NCBI GenBank assembly: GCA_039545335.1
Contig: BCIN01000001.1
Coordinates: 1,162,604 to 1,226,603 of the forward strand
DNA length: 64,000 nucleotides
Direction: 5' to 3'
DNA from: Kondoa subrosea
Lineage: Eukaryota
Within the stretch, counting starts at the first letter, position 1. Every line of letters starts with the position of its first letter. The position numbers were made by a program, and so were the translations under genes. The notes under the pieces were generated by a model. It had not been told where the DNA came from, searched no databases, and saw only the letters and a list, made by a program, of their open reading frames with translations. This document shows, piece by piece, positions 51,368 to 64,000 of this stretch.

Positions 51368-51725
51368 CTAGGGCAAAAGTCTCCTTCTTGATCTGTTGAA
51401 TAGTTTCCATTCAATTGCCAGTACAAGAGCTGCTTCCACTTGCAAATACGTTTCCTCATCACCAACTTTCCATCTGCGAGCATCTGTGTAGTTATTCTCG
51501 CCATGTTCATTGATCAAACAAGCAATCTTGAGGTTATATAGCCTTTCGAGGATGTTTTCCAGAAGTGTTTGATTTGCCAAATTCTAAAGATCTCGAAAGT
51601 AGCGTCACTGGAAAAAGATTTTCCATTGAAGTGGTGGTCATGTCCGTCAATAGCAGATCAGACGGCATTGAATTGATGGATATGGCACCCTCTTCTGCAG
51701 GACTCTGCACCTCCATAAATTCCAT
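51368..51725 (-). pseudogene. Possible frameshifted F-box-like gene remnant
   Basis: ISINSMPSDLLL..SMENLFPVTLLSRSL continues as LANQTLLENILERL only after a one-base frame change near 51581-51590. Confidence 0.3.
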
Positions 51726-52127
51726 TCGACCAAATTGAGAGGTTATCTTTTTGCATGTGATACCAGGTAGAAGATCTAAGCTGCTGTGAGCTGAGCCGCG
51801 ACACAGCAGTAGGTATGAGAAGGCAGAATACAGCTTAGTACAAAGACTACTCGATATTCGCAACCAGGAGGAAGGAGAAAGCCAGGCTCAAGGGAGAGTG
51901 TAGCAAAAGACAAGCGAGAAGCAGGACAATGAGGTCCTGTGCAAAGTTCCTGCTGGTACTAGAAGCCCTCGACCCAAAATTTGCCAGGCATTCAACTTGC
52001 GGCGCTGGACTTGTGATGCTGTAAAATGAAAGCGCAGGGTGTCTTGACAGGTCGTTATCGAGCTGAGTTCGCTTGATTTACCTCAGCGTTCACGGGCAAA
52101 GTGTCATTTTCTTAAACACAAGCAGCC

Positions 52128-54193
52128 ATGGATCAAACTGTAGGAGTACTCGGTAAGGCTAGACCGTACAATATCTCTATAATCCTCTTAGCTTTCAGTT
52201 TAGGCGGAGGCCAGCTTGGCCGTATGTTGAGCGAAGCAGCATCTCGCCTGAACGTTGCCTGCATATTCTTGGATCCAGCTACAGATTCTCCTGCTAAACA
52301 GATCTCTGCTTCTACTTCTCACTTGCATGGCTCTTTTTCTTCTTCTGAACATATTCGTAAACTTGCTCAGAAAGTTGATGTCCTGACTATTGAAATCGAA
52401 CATGTGGATGCCCAAGTGCTGTCGCAACTGGAACAAGAGTATGCTACTCAGGGAGGCAAATCCAACAGAGGTATCAAGATCTATCCTTCGCCCCAAGTCA
52501 TTACCATCATTCAAGATAAGCTGAGGCAGAAACAACATTTAGCCAAGCATGGTTTCCCTCTTGCTGATTTTCTGGATCTGGCCGGAGAGAAAGAAGCAAA
52601 TCAACCTGTACCATCTACTTCTTCTTCCTCCAACGCTTCAGCAAATTCAAGTAGTAAAACCAACCTAGCAGGTCTATTGAATCTATCTTCCGCTCTTCCA
52701 TCTCCATCAACCGAATCTGCACCTCGTCCTTCTAAATCTTCCTCCTCTTCTACCAAACCAACGGAAGAAACTATTAAGAAGGCAATAGCAGCTTTCGGCC
52801 TTCCTTTAATGCTCAAATCCCGCACTTTGGCTTATGATGGGAAAGGCAACTACGTCTTACGCTCAGACTCTTCCGAAGATATTCAACAAGCGATCCAAGC
52901 GCTTGGTAATGGATCTAGACCTCTATACGCAGAAAGGTTTACCAAATTCAAGAGAGAAATAGCAGTCATGGTCGGCAGATCAGCTCAGGGACATGTGCAG
53001 AGTTATCCTGCTGTGGAAACGATACATCAGAACAATATCTGTCATTTGGTACATGCTCCTTTAACGAGCTCGATACCCGGTGTTAGCGAAAGGGCGAAAG
53101 AGGTTGCAGAGAACGCTGTAGCCGCATTAGGAGAAGGAGCTGTAGGCGTGTTTGGTGTTGAGATGTTTGAGCTGGATGATGGTGCGTATAATGCGCTCTC
53201 AATGGCTATCAGAGCCATTCTTTGAGCGCGGCGTTCGCACAGGCTCAATACTTATTAACGAAATTGCACCTCGGCCGCACAATTCTGGTCATTACACTAT
53301 AGAAGCCTGCTCTACGTCACAATACGAGAATCATCTTCGAGCGATCCTATCTCTACCGTTAGGCGACTGCTCGCTCAAAGTCGGTGCCGCATCTATGCTC
53401 AACCTACTAGGCTCTTCTTCCTCCATGCAACCAATCACTGATCTAGTCAACAAGTCGCTCTCAATACCAGGGACGACTACACATCTATATGGGAAAGCTG
53501 AAGCTCGTGAAGGTCGGAAATTAGGTCATATCACTATAGTCGGGTCTTCTTCCGCTCAAGTCTTTGACCGTCTTTCTCCACTCTTGGATGAAGCAACAGC
53601 AGCACCGAAAGAAGGTTTCTCTCATCCTCGACCTCTAGTCAGTATTATTATGGGGTCCGATTCAGATCTACCTGTCATGAAACTCGCTTCCACTTTCTTA
53701 ACCCGATTTGAAATCCCACATGAATTGGAAATCGTTTCAGCTCATCGAACACCTAAATTAATGTTTGATTTTGCAAAATCAGCAAGTGAAAGAGGTGTTA
53801 GAGTTATTATTGCTGGAGCTGGAGGTGCAGCTCATTTACCCGGAATGGTAGCTGCTTTGACTTCTTTACCTGTTATTGGCGTTCCTGTCAAAGCAACCCA
53901 TTTGGGTGGAGTTGATAGTTTACATTCGATTGTTCAGATGCCGGTCCGTTTTCTTCTTGCTTCGTTCTCGTCCTTAAGACTGATCGAGTATGGGATGAAA
54001 TTAGAGAGGCGTTCCAGTTGCTACTGTAGCTATCAACAATGCTACAAATGCTGGACTGTTAGCAGTTCGGATTTTGGGCAGTTCGGATCCGGCAATCAGA
54101 AGTCGAATGGACGCTTATATGGACAGTATATCGAAAGAGGTCGACGCAAAAAGAGAGAAGATGAAAGAGACTAGCTGGTTTGAGTACAAGTGA
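52128..54193 (+). CDS. ADE2: Phosphoribosylaminoimidazole carboxylase (PurK-PurE fusion)
   Basis: [98 protein letters not shown]. Confidence 0.98.
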
Positions 54194-54461
54194 ATGCAGA
54201 TTTATTATGCGAAGTATGAGAATACTGTTGGTTGGATTGGGACTGAGTGGGCAAGATGATCGAATTGCACGCTTTAAAGGCGATAGTGAGCAAGGCAGAT
54301 TACTCTACCATAACGTTGTGGGCAGTGATCACATATCGCTCGGAGAAGACCAACAAGCTTCGCGCGAAATGACTGAGGTTGCACCAAGACCGTCATGTCT
54401 TGCATCGCGATACCACTCAAGCAGTAATAGAGGCATTGACTTGACCTTTTCTCAGAAGCAA

Positions 54462-55447
54462 ATGGAACCAGAGCCATCAACAAGCTCCGCACCACCCATT
54501 TATTTTCCATGTCCTCTCCTGCAGCCTTCAACTTCAAGAATCACTCCCTTCCCTGTCCAGCCTAAGCAAGATAGGACCAAGACTAGCGGAACACAAGACT
54601 TACTAGGTCGCTATGATCTCATGCCAGCTTACGAAGAGTTCTGCAGACCATTTCAAAGACCACCTCGAATAGCTGGTGCAAACAAGGATAAAGGGAAAGC
54701 GAAAGCTGTTGACTTTGGTGGTGCGGGAGAGGCCAAAGTTGAGACTGCTGCGGATACAGGAATAGAGGACAAGGGTCGGAAAATGGATAGGACTTTCACT
54801 CATCTCGTTGCTGATCTACCAGGTGCGTCAAGGCGTGCTGACTATCAGTTATCGACTGATAGTCCGGTACTATCTGATGCACAGGCACGTACAGCAACGC
54901 AAGAGATCAGAACATGCAATACTTGATTGGCAATCCCGATTATCAGCCTGTGCAAATCTATCCTTTCGACGATCAAACTCTGCGTGACGCCTTTAGCTTA
55001 CAACCTGGATTGATTGATAATGTTCGCTTCCTGCATCTGAGGTTGCTAATCTGCTTACTAATCTGCTTGACCGATAGTGGGAAGCGATCATTGCTGGACC
55101 GCAAGAATCAAAGAGTAAAAAGGTAAGGAAATGGTGCCTTGTACATGCACAGAGCTTACGCGGTATTTGACTATTACAGAAAAGGAAGAAACGTCGAAAT
55201 AACAATGAATCAGTCGACATGTCAAACACGTCTACGTCTAAAATCGCAAGTACAATACAGAACGGCTTGCAACCAGATTCGACGGGTACACCGAATACGG
55301 ATGGTGAGCCAAGTAAGAAGAAAAGAAAAAAGGTAGGCTATGATCTGCTGCGCGTTTCAATCTTTTGCTCAGCTGGATTCAGCAATGAGGAAAGATTCGC
55401 ATGTTTCGATTCCGAGGGAGAAGCTGGTCTTGCTCCCATTCCCTTGA
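54462..55447 (+). CDS. MED19: Mediator subunit Med19 (Rox3)
   Basis: SGTQDLLGRYDLMPAYEEFCRP, KMDRTFTHLVADLPG, FDDQTLRDAFSLQPG, Lys-rich tail. The last acceptor is ambiguous (stop at 55388 or 55447). Confidence 0.8.
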
Positions 55448-55524
55448 TCTGCTTGCTTATTACGTTGCGAACATACGAAGTAATTAATGCATTCATAATG
55501 ATACAAAAGTCCATTCGACCCAGT

Positions 55525-57257
55525 CTACCCGAATCTATCAGGTAATACTACAGGTGCCTGCTCAAAGCATTAGCTTGTTCCATGCAGACGCTCGGGGAAG
55601 ACTTACAATCAGACTCCAAATATACAGAGCCAAACCTGTCATCTACCTCAGTACTGTGCAGAGGCAGCAAGTAAGGGCACATACATATCCAACTGCTGAC
55701 TATCCTCATCCACATAGCTACACCTGATCTTCCTATTCTCACATAATCGCCTTGATCATCTCCTCCATCCATTGGAATCACGACGTTCCTAAAAACATCG
55801 AGCATTAGTTCACTTTCGCGTCATATCAAGGACAAGAGCTCACCAATCCGTCAAAAGCATCGACACATACATAGCGGCCAGACAGAAAATCACATGAAAC
55901 CAAGAATAATTATATCTCGTTCCACTTCGCTCATCATCTCTATCACTAGCACCAGGAGCTCCTTCGTCTACGCCATCATCATCTTCGTCGTCGGAGACTT
56001 CATCTAAAGCAGAAGCAGGTAAACTTCCAGCTTCTACAGCAGCCATCAAAGCTTGAATTCTTAACGAATCTTGTTTGGTAGGTTGTTTGTTGATGACTGT
56101 ATCCATTTCACCTTCTACATCGGTATCCGAAGGTAATCGGATCGCTCCTGATTTGGATGATTTGGAACCTTTCTTGCCTGAGAAAGCTTTGGAAGAAGTT
56201 GCTGCTCTTGAGGTTGAGTAAGCTATAGCTAAGAAAGTGAAGATAGCTCCCAAGATGACCATAGATGAACGAGCAGCGTTTGCTTTGCGTGATAGAGGAT
56301 TGCATTGGCCTGATTTATCTTCGTGATTCGCTACTGCTGAAGTGACAAGGTAAGTTGTGTAGATTCCGACCATGCCTGATTGAGCTAGACCGGATCGAGG
56401 ATTCGCTTCTTGAACAGCAGGTAGAACAGAAAGGAAAGTTGAGATAAGGCAAAGAATGATGTTGAAGGTGATGAAAAATTGGTTCAGTCCACATCCGGAA
56501 GTACCAAAGAAGACATAGTCCACTGTAGTCAACGCAATGACGCCTCCATATTCTGCCAGGGTTGAGCCAACCAATATATATTTCCATAGCTGCGAATCAT
56601 CTTGTTCCCATTTATCGATGCAAGTTTCTGACCAGGTATGAACAAAGTCGACCAGAAGAACCAGACCGATGAGGATGAAGATGCCTGATCCAAAGACCGC
56701 AATGTATTTTGACCAAAACATAAAGAACCCGTTTGGAATAGCAAATGACATGACGATAAGAAGGATCCAAGACAACACTTTAGGGCCCCACCATCCATTC
56801 TGAATAGCTGCTCTTTTTGTTCGTGTGTCTCTAACACCTATGAGCAGTAGTGAGAGGATGGTGTGAAGTAATGCGAGAGCGAAGCAGATTCGATGAACCT
56901 GTAATCATAGCAGACCATCCAGCATACTTTGCGACAAGAGACCGTAATACTCACTGCCAGAACACCGTAACATTTGCCTCCAGAACAACTCATCTTGATA
57001 TAATCATAGCTCAAGGATTCAATCTTGTGTATAGCCCAAGGCGTCAACATGATCCAAGCGACCATAGAATTGAGTAGGAATATAATAGAGTAGCCTATTC
57101 GAGTTGCTATAGAGGACGAACAGTTGCACGACTTGCAGAATGCAGCTGCCGCCTGAGATGTACAGAAGAAGGCTAAACCTGCCAAAGCGCTTGATACGAC
57201 TGTCCCTCCAATGCCTACTATCCCGCCCAGCAATGGGATGGACAGAAGAGCTCCCAT
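55525..57257 (-). CDS. TMS1: Serinc/TMS membrane protein
   Basis: MGALLSIP..CNCSSSIATRIGY, CYGVLAVHRICF, IQNGWWGPK, QEANPRSGLAQS, RYNYSWFHVIF..MLLTDW, IVSSWIC..WSLIAPVVLPDRF. Confidence 0.95.
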
Positions 57258-57588
57258 AGCTTTTTCTTTTTCTTATTCAGGCTAATGAAATCAAGTCAGG
57301 TATATTCCAGGTAATTCCAAGCAAGCTTTATGGGGGATGATATCGTTGGCGGTCCTTAAGTGGTATATGGAGACGAGCAACTGAGATAACGCTGACGCTC
57401 GTATGGGATAGATCTGGCCGAATGGAATCAAGATTAGCATTGTTGTGGCGACCCTGAAGGCCAATGCAAGCAAACGTTGGATGCATATAATACTAGATGC
57501 TTGTTACTACCTGCAGCGATACGAGCCGCGAAAGTTACAGATCTGCCCCAGAAAACGCAAGTCCAGCTTGCGTACCCTTTTATCCTCT

Positions 57589-59314
57589 TCATTTCGAACC
57601 AATGTACGCCAGGCCTGGAGCGTTCAACTGACTTGCGGTCACGAGTTGACCAAACCCAGAATCGAAGGCACCTGCAGTGTACATCAGCCTGGTCTAAAGT
57701 CATCACTCAAAGTAGGACCAACCGAAAGCACTGTATCGCTCAACGAAAGAAGAGGACTCTAACCATGGAACGACAGTATTGAAGAAAGTCGCTTTCTGTG
57801 CATCGGTTCCGTCGGTTGGATAGAATTCAGTCGGCCAGATTGGACCCTTCAGTAAAGTGGTTGCATTGGTGAAGTGATTCTTGAAATAGCCAGTGTTCGA
57901 GCTAGTCTCATACCAATGAAGTGCGTAGGCATGAATGCTGCGGAGACATAAGTCAATTTTGTGGCTGCTGAAGAGGCTCTTGACATACCTGCATCCGGTA
58001 CAGTAGGATTGAAATTGAAGCAACCCTGCGCAAGCCGGTTCATCAGCATGTGCGCGAGTTCAGTAAAACCATGAAACCTACAGTCAATACCATAAAATCG
58101 ACCTGTTGCATCCATTCCGTTGCCATTCGTGACGGCAGGTGAGATCAATTTGACTTGATTAGCAAAAGGCTCCATATAGAGCTTCCATACTGATAGTCGA
58201 GTCAGTATAAACCTCGCATTGTGAACAGTACTTACGAGTGGCTGCAGTCTTTGGGTCCATGTTCGCTTGACCGGGCAAATCAGGTTCATTGAAACCCAAA
58301 AGGGCGGTTGCACCATTGTTGATAGCAGCTTGAGCACTGTGCAGATCAGGCTTAATCTATGTTGCAATACTTGTCACCAAAAAAACCCTACTTCTTCTGC
58401 CAATTAGCGAGTCCGGTCTGATCATTCACATTGGCTTTCCAGAGCATCGGCACAATCTCAAGTCCAGTAGGTGTAGTACCGAAGTTGCTATCACCCCAAT
58501 TGTACGCCCAAGAGATGCCGCTACCAAACGGCGATAAGAGCGCAGCATTGTTATAGCCTATTCCGCGTTTCTTGCTTGAAGTAGCAGGCGAAGTAGGTAC
58601 GATCACAGCTGAAGAAGTCTTGACAGGAGTAGTAGTGACAGCCGAAGTTCGGACCGTGCTCGAAGTGGTAGATCGAGTAGAGGTAGTCATCTTCGTCTGC
58701 CTAGGATGTCAGATCTGCCAGGTCTAAGTAAAACGTCTGACTAACAGATGTGCTAGTGGGAGGGGAAGTCGAGAGTTTGAAGAGAGTTAAGCGATCCGGT
58801 CCTCCGCCTAACAGACGTCAGTGCAAGATATTTCGAGGTGGGAGCAACTCACAAGTTTGGCTGGCGTTACCTCGACACTTCATGTTGCATGAACTAACTG
58901 CAGCCTTGGTAGACTTGCTTGACAGCTGATTGCCATACCAGCATTCTTGGGCATACTGAGAACAGCAGGAGGTCAGTATAACGGTATTACATAAGAGAAA
59001 CCGCATGCCTCAATACCGCAGTAGACCGCTTTCTTTGCAGCACAGATAGCCAGACAGCGTTCGACGGTCACTGAGAAGAGAAAAGTGGTCAGTTTACGTA
59101 AGGACAGAAAATGTAGTGCATTACTGGTTGAGGCGGACGAGTAATCAACAGATGGCAATGCTCGGCCAGCGACATTATCGGTGAAGCAGCCTTGATTAAC
59201 GTATGAGGCAGCAGCAGCAACAGCGCTGTTCCTCGAAGCTCTTTTTGGTTTGTGAACTTTGGCTGCAGACGAGGCGACCAGCGCGCATAAAACGAAGGAG
59301 AGGATTTGCATCAT
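57589..59314 (-). CDS. Secreted WSC-domain + GH128 (Asl1-like) beta-1,3-glucanase
   Basis: Signal peptide; WSC (YVNQGCFTD..RAL..MTVERC..C..EYAQECW..CNMKCRGNASQTCGG); S/T linker; KRGIGY..SWAYNW..VPMLW..LGFNEPD..LISPAVT..LHWY..PIWPTEF..VERYSAFG. Confidence 0.9.
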
Positions 59315-59608
59315 GCAGGAATGTACAAAGAGGTTGTCGAAAGTGAAGGTGTGAGGAAGAGAGCACCTCAGAGCTGTGTGATTTATATCTGAAACGATAG
59401 AATGGAAGCCGTTGATTGTCAACAAAGAAGGTTTCACACACGCGACTTAAAATAGCCATTTGCGGTATATTGCTGTCGAAGTTTGATGTCGAGCGAGCGC
59501 TAAAGAAGGGCAGCTAGAGAGTAGTCTGCACGATACTCGCAAATGGTACGAGCTGGATCATTACCACGAATTGTCACATTACGTAATCGAGCGTTGCAGC
59601 CTTCATGA

Positions 59609-62600
59609 TTAAATTGATTCACCGATACTACCTAGCTTTCTGCTCAAGTAGTCTCGCACCTGGAAGTGATGCGTCAGCAATCCTGAAAGCGTGTCATTCG
59701 CGTCACGACTCACCGCTTGATTCGGATCCTCTTCAGCGATGGCACGCATTCTCGCTTGTCCGTCATCACTCTCTGCAAGAGCAGACCATCTACCAAGATC
59801 GCACATCAGCCTTTTGCCTTCAACGACAGTCTAATGAATACTGACAAAGCATCTAGAGCGGCCAACATCGAATCAGCTTTTCGTCCTTTCTTCATGTTTA
59901 GAGTCGCGTCAGTGAGTTTTTGGGCAGGGCTACTTCAGAACTCAGCATATTCTGGAGGCAAGGAGGCTGCCTTACCTCAATACCAGACCATTTGCGCTCG
60001 GCACAGCTCTGACTGCCAGAGCAAGCAGATAGCAAGCGGAGACGCTTTGCGTTGATGGCGGCAAGCTTGCCAATGTGAGAAGATCTTGAATCAGCTGACG
60101 TTGTAGCTCTACGGTGGAGCAAGAGAGGAAAGAAGAGATATCGGTTGTTGTCTGAGTAGGCGAAATATTTTCTGCTGGCCCAAAGTTCGACAAGACGCCT
60201 TGCAATAGCTCTTCACGGTATTGATCAACTTCCAACAGCGGCAGACACAGTGGGAAGATAATGCCAATGCTTCGGCCTTCCTCCCGTTCGAATCTGGACA
60301 AAAATGTCTGGCGAGAGAAACGTAACAAATCAACGGCAAACTCACACTGATGCTAGCTCAGTGATAACCAATCGTCCGTGAACTTTTCTCTCATCTTCGT
60401 CTTTTCTAGTCAAGATGCGGAGCAGACGACCAGCACTTTCTCGGACCGCATCCATCTTTTCCACCACTTGTTTCAGTGATCGACTGATCAGAATGTCAAG
60501 TTGCGGCTGATCCAAGCTGAACTGTCTGGTCTGGAAGAGTCGAGTGAAGATGTCCAAAGCGGTCAAACGACATTTAGCTCCAACATCGCCTCGCATATCC
60601 GTTGTGTAGTCGCTCAATGCAGCCAGCAGAGCTTTGATGATAGATGTAGATCGATTTGCGGTCGCACTATCGTTGACAAAAGATTTCAACATTGCTTCCT
60701 GTATACGCCCAATGGTGATCAGAGCATTCCGCCGACTTTCCGTCGATTTGGCAGCGAGTTTGTGACCACTGTCCAGTAGCTTGAGAATACGACCAAGAAA
60801 GATGCCTTGATCTGCTGCCGAAAGCTGATTGTAGTCGAAAGACGAGCAACATAGGACAAGAGGAGCTTGAGAAGTCATAGTAGCTCTGTCCATCAATCTC
60901 AGAGTAGCCTTCATCTCAGCAGCGAGATCAAGATGAATGGCTGCTCGACCTAGCAAATTTGCTGCCGCTTGATGGCAAATTTCCTCCGGTCTTTTCAAAG
61001 CGAGATCCAGAAGAGGCCTCCATGTCGTTCCACGTGATGCAGTCTGGTGACCTATGATTCGACTGAGAAGGCTGCAAGCGGAAGCCAGAATCATAGGGGC
61101 ATTATAGCCCTTGCGATGAGTTGGCGATATGCTTGTTATCGCTCCAAATAGCTTGATATAAAGAAGGTCACAGCAAATTCTATTGTTCAATGAGCATGAC
61201 GTACCGCTTCCTTGTCTTCTTCGTTCAGTTTTTCGCTGATCTGCGCACAGATGCATAAACTGCCATGTACATCTGCTACGTTCTCGCTTTGAATTCTTTG
61301 TAGCTACGTAACTATTAGTTGTGATTGGCTGGAGATAGCAGGAGAAGTTACCAGTACACTCGAGTGTTCTGACCAGAATGCTTCAATTTCGTTCTGACAT
61401 ATCCGAAACAGAGATGCAGCCCCTAATTCCCGTACTTCTGGGTCATAATGTCTGACCGAAACAAGTAGAAGATGCTCGAGGATTTTGCTGCGATATTCTG
61501 CGAATCTATTAAGAGATGTGTCAATCTCAATACATCGAATGCAACATGTCAGCCTTACTTCGCCACGCCCGGAGCTGCTACCAGGAAAGCCGTTCTTCTG
61601 ATGCTAACCGTGTAAAAATTGACTTGCTGTAAAACATTGATGCCATGTGGAAAGATATTCTAACCCAACGACTTCAGATGAGCCAACTTTGAGTTATGAA
61701 GTCGATTCACTGACCAATCGTCCTTCTAGTTCCTGAAAAGCTGCACTAGCTGATCTACGAATCTGAACATCGCGATCGAAAAGAGCAGCGACAACGAGTT
61801 CATTCGCCAGAGTAACAGCAAAGGGTGCAATAGCCATTCTATCGAAAGCTCGACCGAAAGACCAGCAAGCATAAGAGGCAGCATCGCGAATAGATATGCC
61901 GATCGATTGTTTGCCTTTGCGAATATCTATATGCAAGGCCTATCGCAATATGAGTACGTATTGTGCTGCTCATGAAGCGATGGTCAGCGGACTTTGATGA
62001 TCCATCGTATGACCTCCGACAGTCGAGCAGCTGGTATCAGGCGGGCGCGACTCAATTCCGCTATTGCCAGACAAGCGCCATTCCAAGCATTATCGGTTGC
62101 GGTGGAAGCAAAAGAGCCTGATGTAGATCCAGTTCGCGAAAATGTCTCTAGGATCGTATCCACAAGCTGGGCAATGCTTTCTTCTGGCAAACGCTTGGCC
62201 ATTCTTGCTGTATATTTGGCTGCAGAATAGCGAATAGTACTGTCCTGCCAAATGATGAGCTTTCAGTGCACAGAAAGAAGACTTCAGCTCACTCTATCTT
62301 CCAAGCAATCAAGAACACCTTGAATATGCTCGGCAACTAATTCTTCTTGTCCTTCGCTATTGTCAACACTTGAACTGGTCGATAGTGCCAGCAATGTGAG
62401 ACGACCAGTGGCTTTGATCTGATATCGATTACTCCAGTTACTGTTGAGCTTCTTCTGCATGCTTTCGGCTTCCGCGAGTAAAACAGAGATACTGCTTGTC
62501 AAGGGAGCTATTTTTTCGAGCGAGCCTAGCTTGAGGAGCTGACAAATGCATTGTACGATACCGCTAATCTAGTACAAAGCCTCAACAAGACAAACGTTTG

Positions 62601-63439
62601 CCACATGTCCACACCTACAAGAAAGAGGTTTTGATTCGCATGCACCTTCTGTACAAACATGTTGAGATGTTCTTGCAAGACGGTTGCCGAGGTATCAGGT
62701 CTAGTAAACGATTATCTTGAGCGAGGAGATCAACACACGTGTCGACTGACCTGGACAGTAATACGCCCAATAGATTTGCAGAAGCGTCTCTTTCCTTACC
62801 AGGGCAATCCAAATAGCGCATGGCAATGCTCGAGAGGCTGGTGAATGTAGTGACATTCTCTGATGAGGGCCCAATAGCGGCATTCCATACATTGAGATCA
62901 AAGGGTAGCTTGCAGACCAATGACAGCCAAAGCAGAAGGATATAACGAGATTGCCATGTATACTCCTCTTGCTTCTCACCTGAGTTCATGCAAGATAGAA
63001 GAAGAGGAAGATCTGATACTTCGTGCGTCAGGAATCGAGCTAAATTCTATATCAAAGAATGTACACTCGCGGAAAGCTCGAAAGCTGACCAATTGTTTTG
63101 TACCCGCGAACTTTGGTGAAGTGATACAGCACAGCAGAGAGCGTATTGACTCGACCGATAGCATCAAACCCGCCAGCGCAGGATTCGCGAAATTGCAGCA
63201 CAATAGGTTCAAGCCAAGTGTTCAGGTGAGCGTCAAGTAGGTAAGGGTCTTCTTGATACACATCCAGCTAGCCAGAAAATGTTTGGAAGGGTGCTGCTAG
63301 CTGTGCCTTTGAAGCTCACGGCAGAAGTGAACTTATTCAATGCATTCGACTCACTGCCTCGAAGCAGCAGTATGTTCAGCGCCGATGAGATCTTTGCGGT
63401 ATCAACAGTAACAGGGGTATCATCATACTCTTCCTGCAT
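59609..63439 (-). CDS. TBCD: Tubulin-specific chaperone D (Alp1/Cin1/TBCD)
   Basis: YQEDPYLLDAHL, KVRGYKTI..FLTHEVSDL, WQSRYILLLWLSLVCKLPFDL, WNGACLAIAEL, IRDAASYACWSFGR, FDRDVQIRRSASAAFQELEGR, DYTTDMRGDVG, EKMDAVR. Confidence 0.93.
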
Positions 63440-63523
63440 GAGAGCAAGAGTGTTTTGGAGGCTACTGATCAAAAAAGCAGGTAAAAGCTGAAACCAGCAG
63501 CTTGCTCTAGTATTTACAAAATA

Positions 63524-64000
63524 TTAGTACACTTCGTCATCCGGCACGGCTTGCAATTGTTGCATCTCTTCAGCAGCTTGCGACCAATATTTGCTTAGAA
63601 GTCGTTCGCTGGAACAAAAGGTGGAAAGTTCAGCATATAGTGCACCGATGGAGGCTGCGTTGCGTCCAGATGGATGAGACAGGAAGAGTCTATTTGGCAG
63701 AAAGTTGAAGCCTTTGCCATCATCTTGTATCTGGACCAGCGCTGCACCGCTTGAATGGATGAACTGCGTGCTCATGCAAGGTGTCTTCCGATAGCTGTAC
63801 GAGACTTTGAGTTCTGGCGGAAAGCGATGGTCGGCTTCAATACTGTTAATCGAGCTTAGCCAAGCCTCTCCTTTTCCTTTCAGACTTACTCTATGCTAAA
63901 GTCAGAATCTCGACTTTACTGGGAGGGCAAATAGCTCACCTAGTATGTAGCCAAATTTTCTGAGTAAGCAGTGCAGATACTCCTCAGAGTCTTCATTTGG
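63524..64000 (-). CDS. IML1: 3' end of Iml1/DEPDC5 (GATOR1/SEACIT subunit); partial, runs off the window
   Basis: Spliced LLRKFGYILDIEADHRFPPELKVSYSYRKTP..TQFIHSSGAALVQI..GFNFLPNRL..FCSS..L..YW matches the C-terminal domain pattern of fungal Iml1 as I recall it. Confidence 0.8.

Overview
Gene-dense, intron-rich fungal nuclear DNA. Introns are mostly ~45-65 nt GT-AG with CTRAC-like branch points. Gene content and style suggest a basidiomycete, possibly Pucciniomycotina; the taxon is an inference. About 27 spliced gene models were built by hand. They include ELP4, PUP1, an acid sphingomyelinase, a cytochrome b561-like protein, an orphan gene, a catalase-like heme protein, a secreted thaumatin-like protein, SOK1, a PPPDE-thioredoxin-PUL fusion, RPS19, POP5, VNX1, an arrestin-like protein, a triple-DUF3072 protein, Tea4/Bud14-like, Bqt4-like, a PX-domain protein, a cation/Ca2+ exchanger, ADE2, MED19, TMS1/Serinc, WSC-GH128, tubulin cofactor D and the 3' end of IML1/DEPDC5. 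No tRNA, rRNA, CRISPR array or intact transposon was recognised. The most striking observations are: (1) an apparently obligatory single-nucleotide exon in IML1; (2) a perfect palindrome that can fold the donor site of the unusually long RPS19 intron onto a U1-mimicking sequence, with further repeated pairing elements in that intron; (3) the footprint of an old head-to-tail duplication at 5.6-9.8 kb; (4) a spliced gene interrupted by one in-frame TGA. All family calls come from motif recognition by eye, not database searches.
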